Shown one piece after another: positions 9,119 to 19,398 of a stretch of 64,000 bases of DNA. The notes under the pieces are model-generated. The model worked only from the letters and a program-made list of their open reading frames with translations, had not been told where the DNA came from and did no database searches. The stretch's first letter is position 1. Every line of letters starts with the position of its first letter. Made by a program: the position numbers and the translations under genes. The DNA comes from a virus (lineage: Duplodnaviria; Caudoviricetes), in IMG/VR virus record IMGVR_UViG_2585427591_000001, positions 22,653 through 86,652 of that record. The stretch is one strand, 5' to 3'.

Positions 9119-10614
9119 TGCCAAGTGGCCGCCGAAAATTACGCTCGATTACAAGCGATCCTCGTTACCGGGAGCTGGTCATCAAATACCGGTACAACTG
9201 GGGGCTGGCCGCAGTCCACCTGTTTAGTAAAACCCCCACATGGCAACAAGATGAAATCTTAAATTCAGTGCAGGAGATGGCAAGCCGAACCACTGTTTCG
9301 TCCGGGCACGGTACGGGTAAATCAGACATTGCCAGTATTATGGTCATGCTCTTCCTCATCCTTTTCCCTAATTCACGCGTAGTCCTCGTCGCAACCAAAA
9401 TCGGCCAGGTTAAAACCGGTATTTTTAAATACATCAGACAAAACTGGGCTGTTTGTACGCAGCGTTTCCCATGGCTATCTGAATACTTTGTGCTGACAGA
9501 TACGGCCTTCTATGAAAAAACGCAAAAAGGGTCTTGGGAAGTTATTGCTAAAGGCTTCCGCCAGGGCAATGAGGAAGCGCTGGCCGGTGAGCATGCAAAG
9601 TACCTGCTGTACATAGTCGATGAAGCGTCAGGGGTGAATGATAAAGCGCTGGGCGTTATCCGCGGCGCACTCACACAAGAAGATAACCGCCTGCTGTTGA
9701 CGTCTCAGCCTACACGTCCATCCGGTCACTTCTACGACTCGCACCACACCCTCAAGAAGTACAAGGGCAATAAGAATGGTATTTACAACGCTATCACGCT
9801 TAACAGCGAGGATTCACCGCTTGTTACGCTAAACTGGATACGCGAAAAGCTGGCTGAATACGGTGGCCGTGACAGCCCCGAATACATGATCAAAGTCATG
9901 GGCATGTTCCCATCGAATATGTCTGATTACCTTCTTGGCCACGACGAGTGTGATCGCGCTGTACGGCGCAAAGTAAAACTCAAGAAGGGCTGGGGCTGGA
10001 TGGCGTGCTGCGACGTTGGGAACGGTCGGGATAAGTCAGTTATCGGTATCTTCAAAGTGTCCGGGTCGCGTGAGAAGCGCCGTGTAGTTCCACACCGCGT
10101 CTTGGAGATGCCCGCTGGTGTGGACCCGGTAAAATTCGCAGAAATTATCGTGGCTGAATGCCGACATTCAGTGTATCCGAACATCAGTATTGTCATAGAT
10201 GGAGATGGTGTTGGGGCGGATACTGCCACTCTTGTAGAGCGCGCCGGCATGCCCGTTCAGCGCATCAGATGGGGTAAGCGCATGCACTCAAAGAATGACA
10301 AATCACGTTTCATTAATCAGCGTGCGTGGGCAAATATCATGGCCCGTGACGCGCTGCGTAGCGGCCGCCTGCGACTGGATAACAATCCACTTACTGTTGA
10401 ACAGGCATCAAAAATACCGGCAATGCTGAACGAACTCGGCCAGTGGCTCATCATGAAAAAAGAGTACATGCGCACTAAGCTGAATCTCAAATCTCCAGAC
10501 CGATGGGATGTGTACTGTTTCTCGTTTATCGCGAACTATGTCCCCGCAAACCAGGACAACTTCTACGATAGTGACGAAGACAGAGAGGCGCGCGAGTATC
10601 TCAATGCCGGCTAA
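9118..10614 (+). CDS. pacB: Terminase large subunit
   Basis: Walker A SGHGTGKS, Walker B IVDEASG, nuclease CDVGNG...SPDRWD. Confidence 0.93.
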   Translation: MPSGRRKLRSITSDPRYRELVIKYRYNWGLAAVHLFSKTPTWQQDEILNSVQEMASRTTVSSGHGTGKSDIASIMVMLFLILFPNSRVVLVATKIGQVKTGIFKYIRQNWAVCTQRFPWLSEYFVLTDTAFYEKTQKGSWEVIAKGFRQGNEEALAGEHAKYLLYIVDEASGVNDKALGVIRGALTQEDNRLLLTSQPTRPSGHFYDSHHTLKKYKGNKNGIYNAITLNSEDSPLVTLNWIREKLAEYGGRDSPEYMIKVMGMFPSNMSDYLLGHDECDRAVRRKVKLKKGWGWMACCDVGNGRDKSVIGIFKVSGSREKRRVVPHRVLEMPAGVDPVKFAEIIVAECRHSVYPNISIVIDGDGVGADTATLVERAGMPVQRIRWGKRMHSKNDKSRFINQRAWANIMARDALRSGRLRLDNNPLTVEQASKIPAMLNELGQWLIMKKEYMRTKLNLKSPDRWDVYCFSFIANYVPANQDNFYDSDEDREAREYLNAG

Positions 10615-11420
10615 GCCTGATCATTGTCATTTTTGGCGCGGGTGAGCCGGGCTTTATATGACTTATGTTTCTTTTCGGCGCGGCGAACGTCGCGGATATT
10701 CTCTTGATAATCGCGCGTTGCAGCTTCAAGCGTTTCAAGGTCATAGATTTTCTTGTTGATAAACGCGGCGCAAGGAATTGGATTTATTTCAGAATAAATG
10801 GAGAATCCTGGGTTTTCATCACCGTTCGTCACGCCTGAACGATCCAGGTCTTTCTCGCGTATGAATACACCATGGGAGGGGACGTGAATCTTCTGTGGTT
10901 CGCTATTTTCGTGAAAGTAAATATTCATCATCATGTCGCTAAAACCTTCATGACGAATACGAAATTTCGCTTCCGGGTCGTACTTGCCGAATCGTTCTAA
11001 ATCAGCAGCAATTGCCGCATGCAATGTTGTGTCGCCAGTCTTAATAGCACGGCTCAACGCGTAATTAAGCATGCTGAATAATTTTTCACGCGTAACTGTT
11101 TTGGAGTCCACTGCTTTATAGGTATACACCCGCGCAGCCCTGACATTTGTGAAAAGCAGGGGGAGTGGGTAAATGTCTTTTGAAGTCGTTGGGTATCGCT
11201 TCGGATCAGCTTCGAGCAGGGTACTTGCGTATGTTTCCCATTCCTTGATTTTACCGGCCCAATACTGAAACTTTTCTTCGGAAACGACTACAACGGGCCT
11301 GAATTCAATACCAAAAGAGTCCGCGTCGGTAAAACTTGCAGATTCCAGTGCTTCAGCTTCAAAGTCGCTTTTGAAAACGATAAACGATTTGTATGTAGTT
11401 TCAGTTTTGGTTCTTAACAT
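10611..11420 (-). CDS. c1: Primary repressor C1
   Basis: [28 protein letters not shown] and [10 protein letters not shown] match remembered P1 C1; convergent with pacB as in P1. Confidence 0.88.
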   Translation of the reverse strand: MLRTKTETTYKSFIVFKSDFEAEALESASFTDADSFGIEFRPVVVVSEEKFQYWAGKIKEWETYASTLLEADPKRYPTTSKDIYPLPLLFTNVRAARVYTYKAVDSKTVTREKLFSMLNYALSRAIKTGDTTLHAAIAADLERFGKYDPEAKFRIRHEGFSDMMMNIYFHENSEPQKIHVPSHGVFIREKDLDRSGVTNGDENPGFSIYSEINPIPCAAFINKKIYDLETLEAATRDYQENIRDVRRAEKKHKSYKARLTRAKNDNDQA

Positions 11421-11557
11421 TCAGCGCACCAATAATAAAAACAAAGAAAAATGTAACGTTTTTCAATTACCACTTTGTGTAAGATTATAAGTGATCTGCG
11501 CGTAATGAAAGAACAAAAGCACTAACTTAGGTAACAAACAGCATCATAGGCTATTTG

Positions 11558-11764
11558 TTATCGTAAAGTCGTATCATATATTTCATGAATCTGTGCGAGT
11601 AATTGTGCGTAACAATCACAATCCCCTTGGCACTCACAATAATAGTCAGTAGCGTACAGTCTTCCCGAAATCGCCTCTATAAAAGTAGGATCCATCACCG
11701 ATAAACGCATTTGCATGCGGACGTTCTCAAGCTGAGTCAATGTCAATGGCTGCTTAGTTTCCAT
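11558..11764 (-). CDS. coi: C1 inactivator Coi-like small acidic protein
   Basis: 68 aa, acidic, directly upstream of c1 as in P1; weak N-terminal resemblance. Confidence 0.55.
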   Translation of the reverse strand: METKQPLTLTQLENVRMQMRLSVMDPTFIEAISGRLYATDYYCECQGDCDCYAQLLAQIHEIYDTTLR

Positions 11765-12011
11765 TGTTGAATTTCCTTATTGATAGGTGATTAGTAGAGA
11801 CCCAGTAGATCATTATCTTACGCATTCAAGGTAAGGTAATTCCAATCCACACAAGGATTAACATTCCGTTAACTCTAATAATTTTCCAGCCGAACAACAC
11901 ATAAAAGCCATGAATAAGTGATATCAAATTGACACACATAGCATCACCTGATATCACGATTTCTCACAAACATCATATAATAGTAGTTATATTACCTTAA
12001 CAGTGACAATA

Positions 12012-12026
12012 TAGCCAAGTTCTAAG
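12012..12026 (+). promoter_or_regulatory. Putative C1 operator between coi and cre
   Basis: TAGCCAAGTTCTAAG. Confidence 0.6.
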
Positions 12027-12094
12027 CAGATGACCCTACGTGAATTCTATCCGATAGCGGAAGGGTTTACCCTGTAAATTTCAAGGAGCGGAAC

Positions 12095-13102
12095 ATGCAG
12101 CTAATCCACCTTCCCACTCAGATCGGCAACACATTAGATGCCGAAATAACGCGCAGCCTAAAGAATTTCATAGAAGACAAAGAAGCCTACGCTGATAACA
12201 CCTGGCGGCAGCTGATGCATGTATTTAGAACGTGGGCGCGCTGGTGCTGGGACCACGGCTATCCATATCTGCCTATCGAGCCGTCGCATTTGCGGGAATA
12301 TGTGCTCTTTATGGGTACGCGTTACAGCGTGAACAGCATCACGCAGCATATGGCATTGCTCGGCATGCTGCAGCGGCAGGGAAACTTGATCCCCGCAAAT
12401 CAGCACCCGGACGTGATCCGCGCACTGAAAAAAGTGCGCCGTCTGGCCGCTGAATCAGGTGAATATACGGACCAGGCAATCCCTTTTTCTATCCACGATT
12501 TACGCACCGTGGCCGCAGTCTGGAAAGGTTCAGACAAGCTGGCAGACGTCCGAAATCTGGCGTTTTTGACCATCGCTTATCACACTCTTTTACGACTGAG
12601 CGAAGTGTCTCGCCTGACTGTTCGCGACTTCACTCCCGGTAAAAATGGCATGGCGACACTGTTTGTCGGCCGCACGAAAACCAACTTATCAGGCGACGGC
12701 ACGCTCAAAGCGTTAGGCCGTTGGGCAACTGAAATCGTACTGGAATGGATTGATAAATCAGGGCTTTCAAACCACCCGAACGCCCTGCTTTTCTGCCCCA
12801 TTCACCGCACGGGTAAGCCACTAATCACTGAAAAACCGTTGTCGACTAAAAACATCGAGCGCATATTTTCTTCAGCGTGGGACGCAGTGAACGATGACCG
12901 GGAAACCACTGAAACCGGCCGTTACCAGACGTGGACCGGCCATAGTCCCCGCGTCGGCGCGGCAGTTGACATGGCAGAACGCGGCGTAAGCCTTCCCCAA
13001 ATTATGCGCGAGGGAGGCTGGAAGAAACCGGAAACAGTTTTACGGTATATCCGGCGCAAGGAGGCCTTCACTTCCGCTATGCTGGACATTGTTGATGAAT
13101 AA
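12095..13102 (+). CDS. cre: Cre-like tyrosine recombinase
   Basis: TLLRLSEV, RTKT, WTGHSPRVGAA, GGW and LRYI catalytic motifs; P1 position. Confidence 0.92.
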   Translation: MQLIHLPTQIGNTLDAEITRSLKNFIEDKEAYADNTWRQLMHVFRTWARWCWDHGYPYLPIEPSHLREYVLFMGTRYSVNSITQHMALLGMLQRQGNLIPANQHPDVIRALKKVRRLAAESGEYTDQAIPFSIHDLRTVAAVWKGSDKLADVRNLAFLTIAYHTLLRLSEVSRLTVRDFTPGKNGMATLFVGRTKTNLSGDGTLKALGRWATEIVLEWIDKSGLSNHPNALLFCPIHRTGKPLITEKPLSTKNIERIFSSAWDAVNDDRETTETGRYQTWTGHSPRVGAAVDMAERGVSLPQIMREGGWKKPETVLRYIRRKEAFTSAMLDIVDE

Positions 13103-13126
13103 GCCTGAGTGAGCGCAAAATATATT

Positions 13127-13181
13127 TAGCCAAACTCTAAGAGGGAATTATTTTGCAATAAGCCGATATTTGCACGATACT
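13127..13181 (+). promoter_or_regulatory. Putative C1 operator and sigma70 promoter for the mat operon
   Basis: TAGCCAAACTCTAAG (13127-13141), then TTGCAA-17-GATACT (13153-13181). Confidence 0.65.
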
Positions 13182-13246
13182 GACCAAACCATTTGTTGTT
13201 CTCTCCGTAATACTTGATAGGGCCGCCGTTGGCTCAATATGTCGCC

Positions 13247-13275
13247 GGGCCGCTGCTTACAGTGGCCCTTTTTTT
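13247..13275 (+). terminator. Terminator/attenuator in the mat leader
   Basis: GGGCCGCTG-CTTA-CAGTGGCCC-T7, ending 14 nt before the mat ATG. Confidence 0.7.
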
Positions 13276-13289
13276 ATACAGGTGACGTT

Positions 13290-13931
13290 ATGGCCGATCG
13301 CAAAATACTCGCAGTATGTCTTTCTACCCCAAACCCTGGTTATGCACACGCTGCATGGCTCAGGGAACAGCTCCACATCGTCGATTACGTCTCTCTTCCA
13401 CCCAACAGAAGGGACCTTGACGCAGCTCTGATCCCCGTTCTTGAAAAACATCAACGGGATCATCAGATAATGATTGATGACGCCAGCCAGCGCCTGAGCA
13501 GTCGTTACGGAATTCCTTTCAGAATGAACGCTATGGATAACAACGGGAAACCGATGATTATCAGCTCGCTTGAGTTGTACAAGGAGCTCGTTTATCAGTC
13601 TGCAATCAGGTACCCGCGCGCCAATGCATCCGCATTTCAGGTGCCGGATTCGATTATCGATGAGGAGACAGACCCGCGCGGCAATACTGTATTTCGTGTT
13701 GAGTGGCTGTCAGTCACGACTTTTCACATACTCACCCTGCTATGCGTCCAGGGATCTGTTTACAACGCCGTCGGCACTGCGGCATACATCAATGCAATGA
13801 CTGCGGCAACGCCAGAAGGCGCTGCTGCGTCCCCGTTGGACCCATTGCGACGCGTAGTCGAATACCAAGACGAGGTGTCGCAGGTTAAGGGTTCCGAAGC
13901 GACGAGCATGAAAGGATGGCGCATATTATGA
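13290..13931 (+). CDS. mat: Particle maturation protein
   Basis: FQVPDSIID...VFRVEW...HILTLLC matches remembered P1 Mat; start at ATG 13290 (AGGTGA RBS). Confidence 0.75.
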   Translation: MADRKILAVCLSTPNPGYAHAAWLREQLHIVDYVSLPPNRRDLDAALIPVLEKHQRDHQIMIDDASQRLSSRYGIPFRMNAMDNNGKPMIISSLELYKELVYQSAIRYPRANASAFQVPDSIIDEETDPRGNTVFRVEWLSVTTFHILTLLCVQGSVYNAVGTAAYINAMTAATPEGAAASPLDPLRRVVEYQDEVSQVKGSEATSMKGWRIL

Positions 13932-14257
13932 GCGTCTTCTCTCGCCTCGATGACCGCAATGTCGAAGACCCGATCATCCGGGCCTATCTCGATAACGACA
14001 TAATCAAGCGCAGCGCAAGCTATGACCTCAGCCTCATCACTAAAACCATTCTCGAAGATGAAGAGTTCCGGCCGGATCTGGCAGCATTTCGAGTTTATGG
14101 AGAAAGCGGCCACCAGCTGAGATGGGTTATCACACTGGTGGCCGGGAACATTTCAGAAGACCAGGCGCTGCCAGTCGGCGAAGATTTATACCTGCCTACG
14201 GCTACATGGATAAGAGACCGGATCCGCCACTGGTCAACGCGCGCGGAGCATGAATAA
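13916..14257 (+). CDS. Baseplate protein gp26-like
   Basis: EEFRPDLAAFRVYG...LRWVI...LYLP; P1 synteny 26-25-7-24-6-5. Confidence 0.7.
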   Translation: MAHIMSVFSRLDDRNVEDPIIRAYLDNDIIKRSASYDLSLITKTILEDEEFRPDLAAFRVYGESGHQLRWVITLVAGNISEDQALPVGEDLYLPTATWIRDRIRHWSTRAEHE

Positions 14258-15469
14258 ATGGTCGATACGGTAGAGCGCGACAGGAACGGGCGATGGCAAA
14301 CGGCTGGCTTGCCGCCGCGGCTGTTTAACAAAGTCTTCGACAAAATCAAGCAGGCTCAGCGCAAAAACAGGCGCGGCGGTAAACACACGCTTACCCCGGC
14401 AATGATGAAAAACCGGGATCTGGAGAAATTCCTCAAGCTGGGCAAGAAACAGGGTGATGAATATTTCACCATTGAGGACATGAAGAAGTTTATTGAGCAG
14501 CGTAAAGCGCACCGCAAAAACTTCTCAAGTGACGTACCGGGCATCACATGGTCTGAGATGGGGGCAAAGTCGAAGAAAATCGATGTTGACCGCGCCAGCA
14601 ACCGAGTTGACGACGGTACCGGCATTAAAAAAGCCATGTTTATAGGTCTCAAACACAACATGGCGTTGGTAAAAGTTGTCGCGTCCGATGCATCAGTTCA
14701 CCAAAACCATCAGGTACGGATCCGATTTGAAGCGTGGGATACGGCCGTAGACGATGCTGGCGATGAGAAAGCCGATGTTAAGCGGCTTGCGCGCATGCTG
14801 TGTGCTGATCGGGTATCAATAGACTGCGATTGCGGCCGCCATCAATACTGGTACCGATACATGGCCACAGCCGGTAATTACTGCGTTTCCCCTCCTAAAG
14901 AATATGCCTATCCGAAGATCCGCAACCCCGATTTGTCCGGCGTGGCATGTAAGCACGTTCTCCACGCGCTCAACCGCTTTCAGTCAGCTGCATGGCAGTT
15001 GCAGATAGCGCAGCAGTTGAAGAATGATGCAAAACGGGTGGGTTATGGCGATGACGCCAGGCGCACAACAAAATGGTTTGACCCGTCCGAACAAACAACA
15101 ATGAACCGCAACCGGCGCGGCCAGATTGACCACAAAAAAATCAAAGAAGAGTACCGAAAATACAAACGGGATCAGGAAGGCTTTGCTAAGTCACTGAAGA
15201 AAAACCAGCCAGACGTCGAAAGCCTGCGGGCACAACTCACAAAGTCCCGCAAACAGTCCAATGCGCAGAAACGCGCCCTGAAGGAATCCAAGGACCGTGA
15301 GACGACTCTCCAGCGCGAACGTGACGAAGCGCGCCAGCTGGTTGGCGATCAGTTGAAAATGAAAAAGGCGGCATTCGTAGATGCTGTTCGGATGTCTGGC
15401 AAATCCAAGGAAGAGGCTGAAACGATGTTCAAAAGATGGCTTGAAAAACAGATTAATGGGGGTGGTTGA
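14258..15469 (+). CDS. Tail-associated gp25-like protein with SWIM-like Zn finger
   Basis: IDCDCGRHQYWYRY...ACKH; synteny. Confidence 0.7.
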   Translation: MVDTVERDRNGRWQTAGLPPRLFNKVFDKIKQAQRKNRRGGKHTLTPAMMKNRDLEKFLKLGKKQGDEYFTIEDMKKFIEQRKAHRKNFSSDVPGITWSEMGAKSKKIDVDRASNRVDDGTGIKKAMFIGLKHNMALVKVVASDASVHQNHQVRIRFEAWDTAVDDAGDEKADVKRLARMLCADRVSIDCDCGRHQYWYRYMATAGNYCVSPPKEYAYPKIRNPDLSGVACKHVLHALNRFQSAAWQLQIAQQLKNDAKRVGYGDDARRTTKWFDPSEQTTMNRNRRGQIDHKKIKEEYRKYKRDQEGFAKSLKKNQPDVESLRAQLTKSRKQSNAQKRALKESKDRETTLQRERDEARQLVGDQLKMKKAAFVDAVRMSGKSKEEAETMFKRWLEKQINGGG

Positions 15470-16251
15470 TGGAACCGTTTGACCCATTCAAAGAATTCAT
15501 AGCAGCACCACGGGTACCTACACCGCCGGAGGAAACACCGGCTGGCGCGAGTGAAAATGCCGGTATCGAACCGGAGCCGGAGCCCGTTCCCATTGAAGAT
15601 CACACTGAAGGCCAACCGGAGACGGCCGGAGAACCCGAAAGCCCGAAAGATGCAGCGGCCGAAGATGAAGACGATCCTGCGGATGAACTGCCGGAAGAGC
15701 CCCCCGCGCCCGCGCCGCCAACTGATAGCGGCACCTACGATTTCAGCAAACTTCGCCGCCGTTACGACGGGCATTCACCGCTAAACGAGCTGGTACGTGA
15801 CGATTGGATACGCGCCATTGAGCTTAGCCCGGACCGCTTTGACGCCCTTCTCTATCGTCCGCTTCGTATTGTTGAGCCAGCGCCAGCCGAAGCGGGTTAT
15901 GAAACTCCCCTTGCCGGCAGCATGAACGTACATCAGGAAGAGCTCTCTTATGATGCGCCGGTGCTGGTCCCGATCCTGGATTGTCCGGATGAGATGGCCG
16001 AGTTTGAAACGATGGACTCAGACGACGACAGCACCGGCATACCGGACACCACACTAATACTGCGTATCGGCGCGCACCGCATACCAAAAGGCTCAATTGT
16101 CGAATTCGAGGAAGAGATTAACGGCGGGACCCGGCGGGTGTGGTGGTACGTGCTCAACATTCACAATTACGGGACAGTGAGCGCCGGCAGCCTGTATTAC
16201 TGCGTGCCATGCAGGACGTTTGAAGGAGTACTCAACAATGCTACTGAATGA
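15466..16251 (+). CDS. gp7-like tail stability protein
   Basis: Pro/Glu-rich N-terminus; RRVWWYV...GSLYYCVP; synteny. Confidence 0.65.
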   Translation: MMEPFDPFKEFIAAPRVPTPPEETPAGASENAGIEPEPEPVPIEDHTEGQPETAGEPESPKDAAAEDEDDPADELPEEPPAPAPPTDSGTYDFSKLRRRYDGHSPLNELVRDDWIRAIELSPDRFDALLYRPLRIVEPAPAEAGYETPLAGSMNVHQEELSYDAPVLVPILDCPDEMAEFETMDSDDDSTGIPDTTLILRIGAHRIPKGSIVEFEEEINGGTRRVWWYVLNIHNYGTVSAGSLYYCVPCRTFEGVLNNATE

Positions 16252-17017
16252 GACATTAGTCGCACGATTGCATGAAGAGAACCTGGTATTAACCGGCGGC
16301 GTTGAAGTTACGGATCTTCAGGATATCGATACCGCGTTTTGCAACAAGCTGTTAAGCGCGTTCGAAGGCGTCATTGTTACTGACCCGCGGCGGGAGACCT
16401 TGCCTTTTGCTGAATTCCTTAAGCGGGCACCATCTGATCAGATAAAGTTTGGGGAATTTGAGGACGTCGGAACCTTTCTCACTGCGTATCAAAGCGCCAA
16501 AGCAGGCCGCGCGCAGGAACCTCAGCCCGGCGTTAATCCCCTCGCCCTGCCTATCATCAGCGTTTTCCGACCGATAGATTTCTTGCTCTACCAAGGCGAC
16601 ATCACGCGCGATATGCCCTGGTGTGGCACGCTTGAAACAAAAGAAAATGGCACCTTTGCACTATTGAGCAAAACACATGCCCAAGTGAGTTACACCGTCA
16701 CTTTAATCAGTGATGAAAAGCACACGCTTAACCGGATGTGTACAACGCTGGGTGTGTGGATCAGCATGATAGCCAGTCTTGGCGGCACCAATTTTACTGC
16801 GTCCAGCAAGCTGGCCGGGACAGATATAAAACTGGGCGCGGAGTTTATAGACCCGAAGACGGTCATGTTCGGAAACGTCTCACTCCCGGCATCAGATAAC
16901 CGCATTTATGCCAGCCAGTTCACTGTAGACGTGGTGGCAGACATTCTGATCGCTTACTCCGTCGATTCAACGCCGCGCACAGTCGAGGTGTATACGGGGG
17001 TGGTTCCCAATGGTTGA
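16238..17017 (+). CDS. gp24-like tail/baseplate protein
   Basis: Synteny; start at ATG 16238 after GGAG. Confidence 0.65.
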   Translation: MLLNETLVARLHEENLVLTGGVEVTDLQDIDTAFCNKLLSAFEGVIVTDPRRETLPFAEFLKRAPSDQIKFGEFEDVGTFLTAYQSAKAGRAQEPQPGVNPLALPIISVFRPIDFLLYQGDITRDMPWCGTLETKENGTFALLSKTHAQVSYTVTLISDEKHTLNRMCTTLGVWISMIASLGGTNFTASSKLAGTDIKLGAEFIDPKTVMFGNVSLPASDNRIYASQFTVDVVADILIAYSVDSTPRTVEVYTGVVPNG

Positions 17018-17975
17018 TCAGTTCTTTCTACAGCAGTTGACGATAAACGGCCATGAGGTCCCGCCGGCGCTAGCTATATCGATGACGTATATCGAGACGG
17101 CCGATATGTCAGGTCCTCAGCTTCTGCTTGTGCTGCGTGACGGTACCGGCACGCTGATTGATAACGTGGGCATTAAAAAGGGTTCGGTCATTACTGCAAG
17201 CCTGGGGGATCCCAGCGGCCTTGGCGGCGTGCTGTTCAATGAAACGTTTACCGTTATCAAAGCGCCAGCAGCCTCCGATCAGATAACTATAATGGCGTTT
17301 TCTCAAAGCGTGTTTAACATGAAAACCCCCGCCGTTACGCCGCGATACTTCAAAGACAAGCCACCAATCATCGTTCTAAATACCCTTGCGCCTGGGCTTA
17401 AAATCAGCGCGGACTGCTTCCGCCGCCAGGGAACGTATCACTTAAATACCGGTCAGAAACCGTCGCAACTATTCCGGGAGATAGCACGGGATCACGGCGC
17501 ATTACTTTTCTCTTGCCGCGGCGCGCTTACCGCCAAAAGCCTGACGACACTGGCTGGTGCTAAACCGGCGATCACATATGAAGTGAATAACCCCGCCGCG
17601 GAGTTCTCATTCTCGCGCTTTAGCAGCATCAACAGCGACGATGACGACCACAATGCCCGGTATGTCGGCTATTCAATGACGGATGGCTACAAAGGCGCGC
17701 AGGGAGAGCAAAGCGGACCCATTTCAATGCATTCCATCCCTTCGCAGGGAGCGCTCAATAATCAAAATAAATACCTTCAGCCGAAGTTTGACGCGGAATG
17801 CATCGGAAACGGCCAGTTGACGCCTGGCCTGGTTGTGGGCGTCAAAATATTTCGCTATGACGATGAGAACCGTATTGATGAGTCAGTGCCGGCCATCATG
17901 ATTGTTTCACGCGTAGCGCACCACGTTGACCGGTTCAGTTACATGTGCCGCGCAGTATTAGGAGTAGTGCAATGA
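17010..17975 (+). CDS. gp6-like baseplate hub/tail-length protein
   Basis: 321 aa preceding the spike; synteny. Confidence 0.65.
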   Translation: MVDQFFLQQLTINGHEVPPALAISMTYIETADMSGPQLLLVLRDGTGTLIDNVGIKKGSVITASLGDPSGLGGVLFNETFTVIKAPAASDQITIMAFSQSVFNMKTPAVTPRYFKDKPPIIVLNTLAPGLKISADCFRRQGTYHLNTGQKPSQLFREIARDHGALLFSCRGALTAKSLTTLAGAKPAITYEVNNPAAEFSFSRFSSINSDDDDHNARYVGYSMTDGYKGAQGEQSGPISMHSIPSQGALNNQNKYLQPKFDAECIGNGQLTPGLVVGVKIFRYDDENRIDESVPAIMIVSRVAHHVDRFSYMCRAVLGVVQ

Positions 17976-18805
17976 GCAAGGAATATTCATTTAACGGACA
18001 GTACCGGGCACGCGTTATCAACACTGTTCACCCGGAAGGCTTAATGATGGCCAGCGTGCGCGTTGAGGCGCTTACAAAGGGCGTCCCGGACAACGATTGT
18101 CCCTGGGCAGAGTATCAGCTCGATATCGGCGGGGCTTTTGCGCCCACTATTGCCGGCGACTTGGTTTGGGTAGATTTCCCCTACGGCGGTGACACACGAC
18201 GACCGCGTATTATCGGCGCGGCACAGGATGCCAACAGCGGGCAACCGAATGTACCGCCGGAAAGCTGGGGCGGCGGTGACGCCTATCAGCCGCCAGAGGT
18301 AGAAGGCGCGCCCCCGCTGCGGGAGTTAAACACGACCAAGGATTATGTGTCTAAGCGCAATGGCTTGCTCGAAGTGCGTACCAGTGGTGGCGGGTGGAGC
18401 GTAACGCACATCGACTCTGATACCACACTTGGCATGAACGAGTCAGGCCAGGTCTATATCATCACGACGCAGGACGTATTTGTTAATGCTGCAAAGGGCG
18501 TAACAGTGAAATCCGGTATCGATATCGACGTTGAGGCCGTTTCCAACATCACGATCAAGGCTGGCGCTAATATCACGCTCGAAGCCATGGGGGACATCAC
18601 GATGAAGGCCGGTGGTAACGTCTCAATTGATGCAAAAGAAGGTACTGATATTACGTCTAAAAAGGCTACTACCATCGATTCAGGGACAACCACAGAGGTA
18701 ACATCCGGGGTAACAACGGAGATTACTTCGGAAATGAATACTGACATCAAATCCGGCGCGCTTTTCAGTTCCACAAGTAAGTTGGTGACGTTTAACAGAA
18801 TTTAG
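17972..18805 (+). CDS. gp5-like baseplate central spike (OB-fold plus beta-helix)
   Basis: GDLVWVDFPYGGD..RPRIIG OB motif; 8-aa beta-helix repeats at the C-terminus. Confidence 0.82.
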   Translation: MSKEYSFNGQYRARVINTVHPEGLMMASVRVEALTKGVPDNDCPWAEYQLDIGGAFAPTIAGDLVWVDFPYGGDTRRPRIIGAAQDANSGQPNVPPESWGGGDAYQPPEVEGAPPLRELNTTKDYVSKRNGLLEVRTSGGGWSVTHIDSDTTLGMNESGQVYIITTQDVFVNAAKGVTVKSGIDIDVEAVSNITIKAGANITLEAMGDITMKAGGNVSIDAKEGTDITSKKATTIDSGTTTEVTSGVTTEITSEMNTDIKSGALFSSTSKLVTFNRI

Positions 18806-18883
18806 CCCCCTTCCCCCTGAGTGCGCGGTGCTACCAGAACCGTGCACATCACAAGCATCCCGCGACCATAAAATGAATATACA

Positions 18884-18972
18884 AAGTGCATTCAACGCAC
18901 ACACCTTGTGTGCATTTTAATCACACAAGATGCATTCATTATGCGCATAAAATGCACATAAAAGATGCATGC
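18884..18972. repeat. 11-bp-periodic degenerate array (GCAT/GCAC cores)
   Basis: Cores ending at 18915, 18926, 18948, 18959, 18970. Confidence 0.65.
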
Positions 18973-19070
18973 CAGCACGCGCGTTAATTATCATTCTTAG
19001 CCACAGAATTATTGCCAAATGAGACGCTTACGGATGCCAAACCCGCCCTTATTGTTTACGATATACTAAA

Positions 19071-19085
19071 TAGCCATATTCTAAG
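19071..19085 (+). promoter_or_regulatory. Putative C1 operator upstream of the MTase cassette
   Basis: TAGCCATATTCTAAG immediately after a TATACT -10 box. Confidence 0.65.
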
Positions 19086-19107
19086 ATGATAGGTTTAGTA
19101 ACCAGTA

Positions 19108-19398
19108 ATGACTAAATTCACTGAAAAAACATTAAGCAGAAAGGCGCTGGTCATACTCGTCCGCACTAACAGCGTGGCTAAAGCGTTGCTTGTTGGCGCT
19201 GAAGAGGAAAACGAGCGCATGGCATATGAAATCAAAATTCAACTGAAGCACAGCGCACACCCGCACTATGTCATATCAAAAGAGGGTCAGCGCCGCTGCT
19301 GGCACAGTTCTGATCAGGCTATTTCATTCCTGAGAGGTGTTGGGATTCATTGCATTAATATTCAGCTGCCAGTTACAGAAGGAACTGACGATGAGTAG
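19108..19398 (+). CDS. Small plasmid-type protein
   Basis: 96 aa; RCWHSSDQAISFLRGVGI C-terminal motif; coupled to the MTase. Confidence 0.55.
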   Translation: MTKFTEKTLSRKALVILVRTNSVAKALLVGAEEENERMAYEIKIQLKHSAHPHYVISKEGQRRCWHSSDQAISFLRGVGIHCINIQLPVTEGTDDE

